Positions 31,789 through 32,239 of a stretch of 32,239 bases of DNA are shown here, piece after piece. The notes beneath the pieces were generated by a model. That model was not told where the DNA came from and ran no database searches. It was given only the letters and a program-made list of their open reading frames with translations. The stretch is taken from positions 1-32,239 of the IMG/VR virus record IMGVR_UViG_3300048861_000279, one strand, 5' to 3'. Origin of the DNA: a virus (Duplodnaviria; Caudoviricetes). Made by a program: the position numbers and the translations under genes. Each line of letters begins with the position of its first letter. Positions within the stretch are counted from its first letter, which is position 1.

Positions 31789-32239
31789 GTGGCTGGAGGG
31801 CCGGCGCCCGCGCCTGGCGCACGCAACGCGCGTGCTTTATGCCTGGGTCCTAATCCTGGGCATGGTCGGCGGCGGTGCTGCGCTGGGCGCGCTATTCACC
31901 TGGAGCCGCGCCGATACCATCATCGCGGAGCAGCGCGCCGATTATCAAGAATCGCTGTACCTGATTGGCGCGAAGCTCAATTCGGCGGCCGCTGCGAACC
32001 AAAAGACGGCCGGCGCGCTGGAGGAAACGGCCGGCGCCGTGCAGGAGGTGGTGAAGACTGCCAACGGTGCGGCGAAAACGGCCGGTAGCGCGGCATCCGC
32101 AGCGCGCGGCGCCGCATCGACAGCCAAGGCGGCGGCTAGCACGGCCAAAAGCGCCGCTGATGATTTATCGGAAGCGCTCGCGCCACAGGCGCCCGCCCCG
32201 CCTGCGCCGGTCAGGCAGGAATGGATAGAGGGTTCGTGA
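31772..32239 (+). CDS. Membrane-anchored Ala-rich coiled-coil protein (lysis accessory / spanin-like candidate)
   Basis: GGAGG SD; TM segment VLYAWVLILGMVGGGAALGALFTW; Ala-rich helix; Pro-rich tail. Confidence 0.6.
   Translation: MARLLEWLEGRRPRLAHATRVLYAWVLILGMVGGGAALGALFTWSRADTIIAEQRADYQESLYLIGAKLNSAAAANQKTAGALEETAGAVQEVVKTANGAAKTAGSAASAARGAASTAKAAASTAKSAADDLSEALAPQAPAPPAPVRQEWIEGS

Larger units (their letters stand above)
1..32239. mobile_element. Lambdoid temperate prophage (siphovirus, HK97-like head), nearly complete; integrase/att not in window
   Basis: Canonical module order: xis-like, cI/cro, replication, late regulator, HNH, terS, terL, portal, protease, MCP, neck, tail, TMP, fibre, lysis. 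Confidence 0.97.

Noticed and set aside
31789-32088. Embedded Rz1-like o-spanin in an alternate frame
   Set aside because: No hydrophobic signal peptide or lipobox before a Cys

Overview
The window is most of a temperate, lambdoid siphovirus prophage with an HK97-type head, in a GC-rich host (probably a Betaproteobacterium; this is inference). Left to right it holds: an accessory gene at the left edge; a short leftward early operon ending in an AlpA-type excisionase; a cI/cro switch with well-formed PL and PR promoters; a ParB-like + SF2 helicase + TOPRIM primase replication module; a Q-position late regulator followed by a pR'/tR'-like promoter and terminator; two lower-GC moron genes; HNH, a cos-like site and terminases; portal, protease, capsid and neck genes; tail tube, a -1 frameshifted tail chaperone and a very long tape measure; an atypical tail tip with a compositionally foreign Gly-rich fibre cassette; and a GH19 endolysin lysis cassette. 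No integrase or att site is visible, so these probably lie outside the window. The most notable unexplained signals are (i) a ~200-nt multi-stem, possibly pseudoknotted non-coding element just downstream of the primase, (ii) a ~99-nt five-way cloverleaf/tRNA-like element directly in front of the HNH/packaging genes, (iii) a repressor with two HTH domains whose S24 catalytic Ser appears replaced by Asp, and (iv) three uncharacterised accessory genes. All product calls come from motif recognition and synteny; no database search was run.
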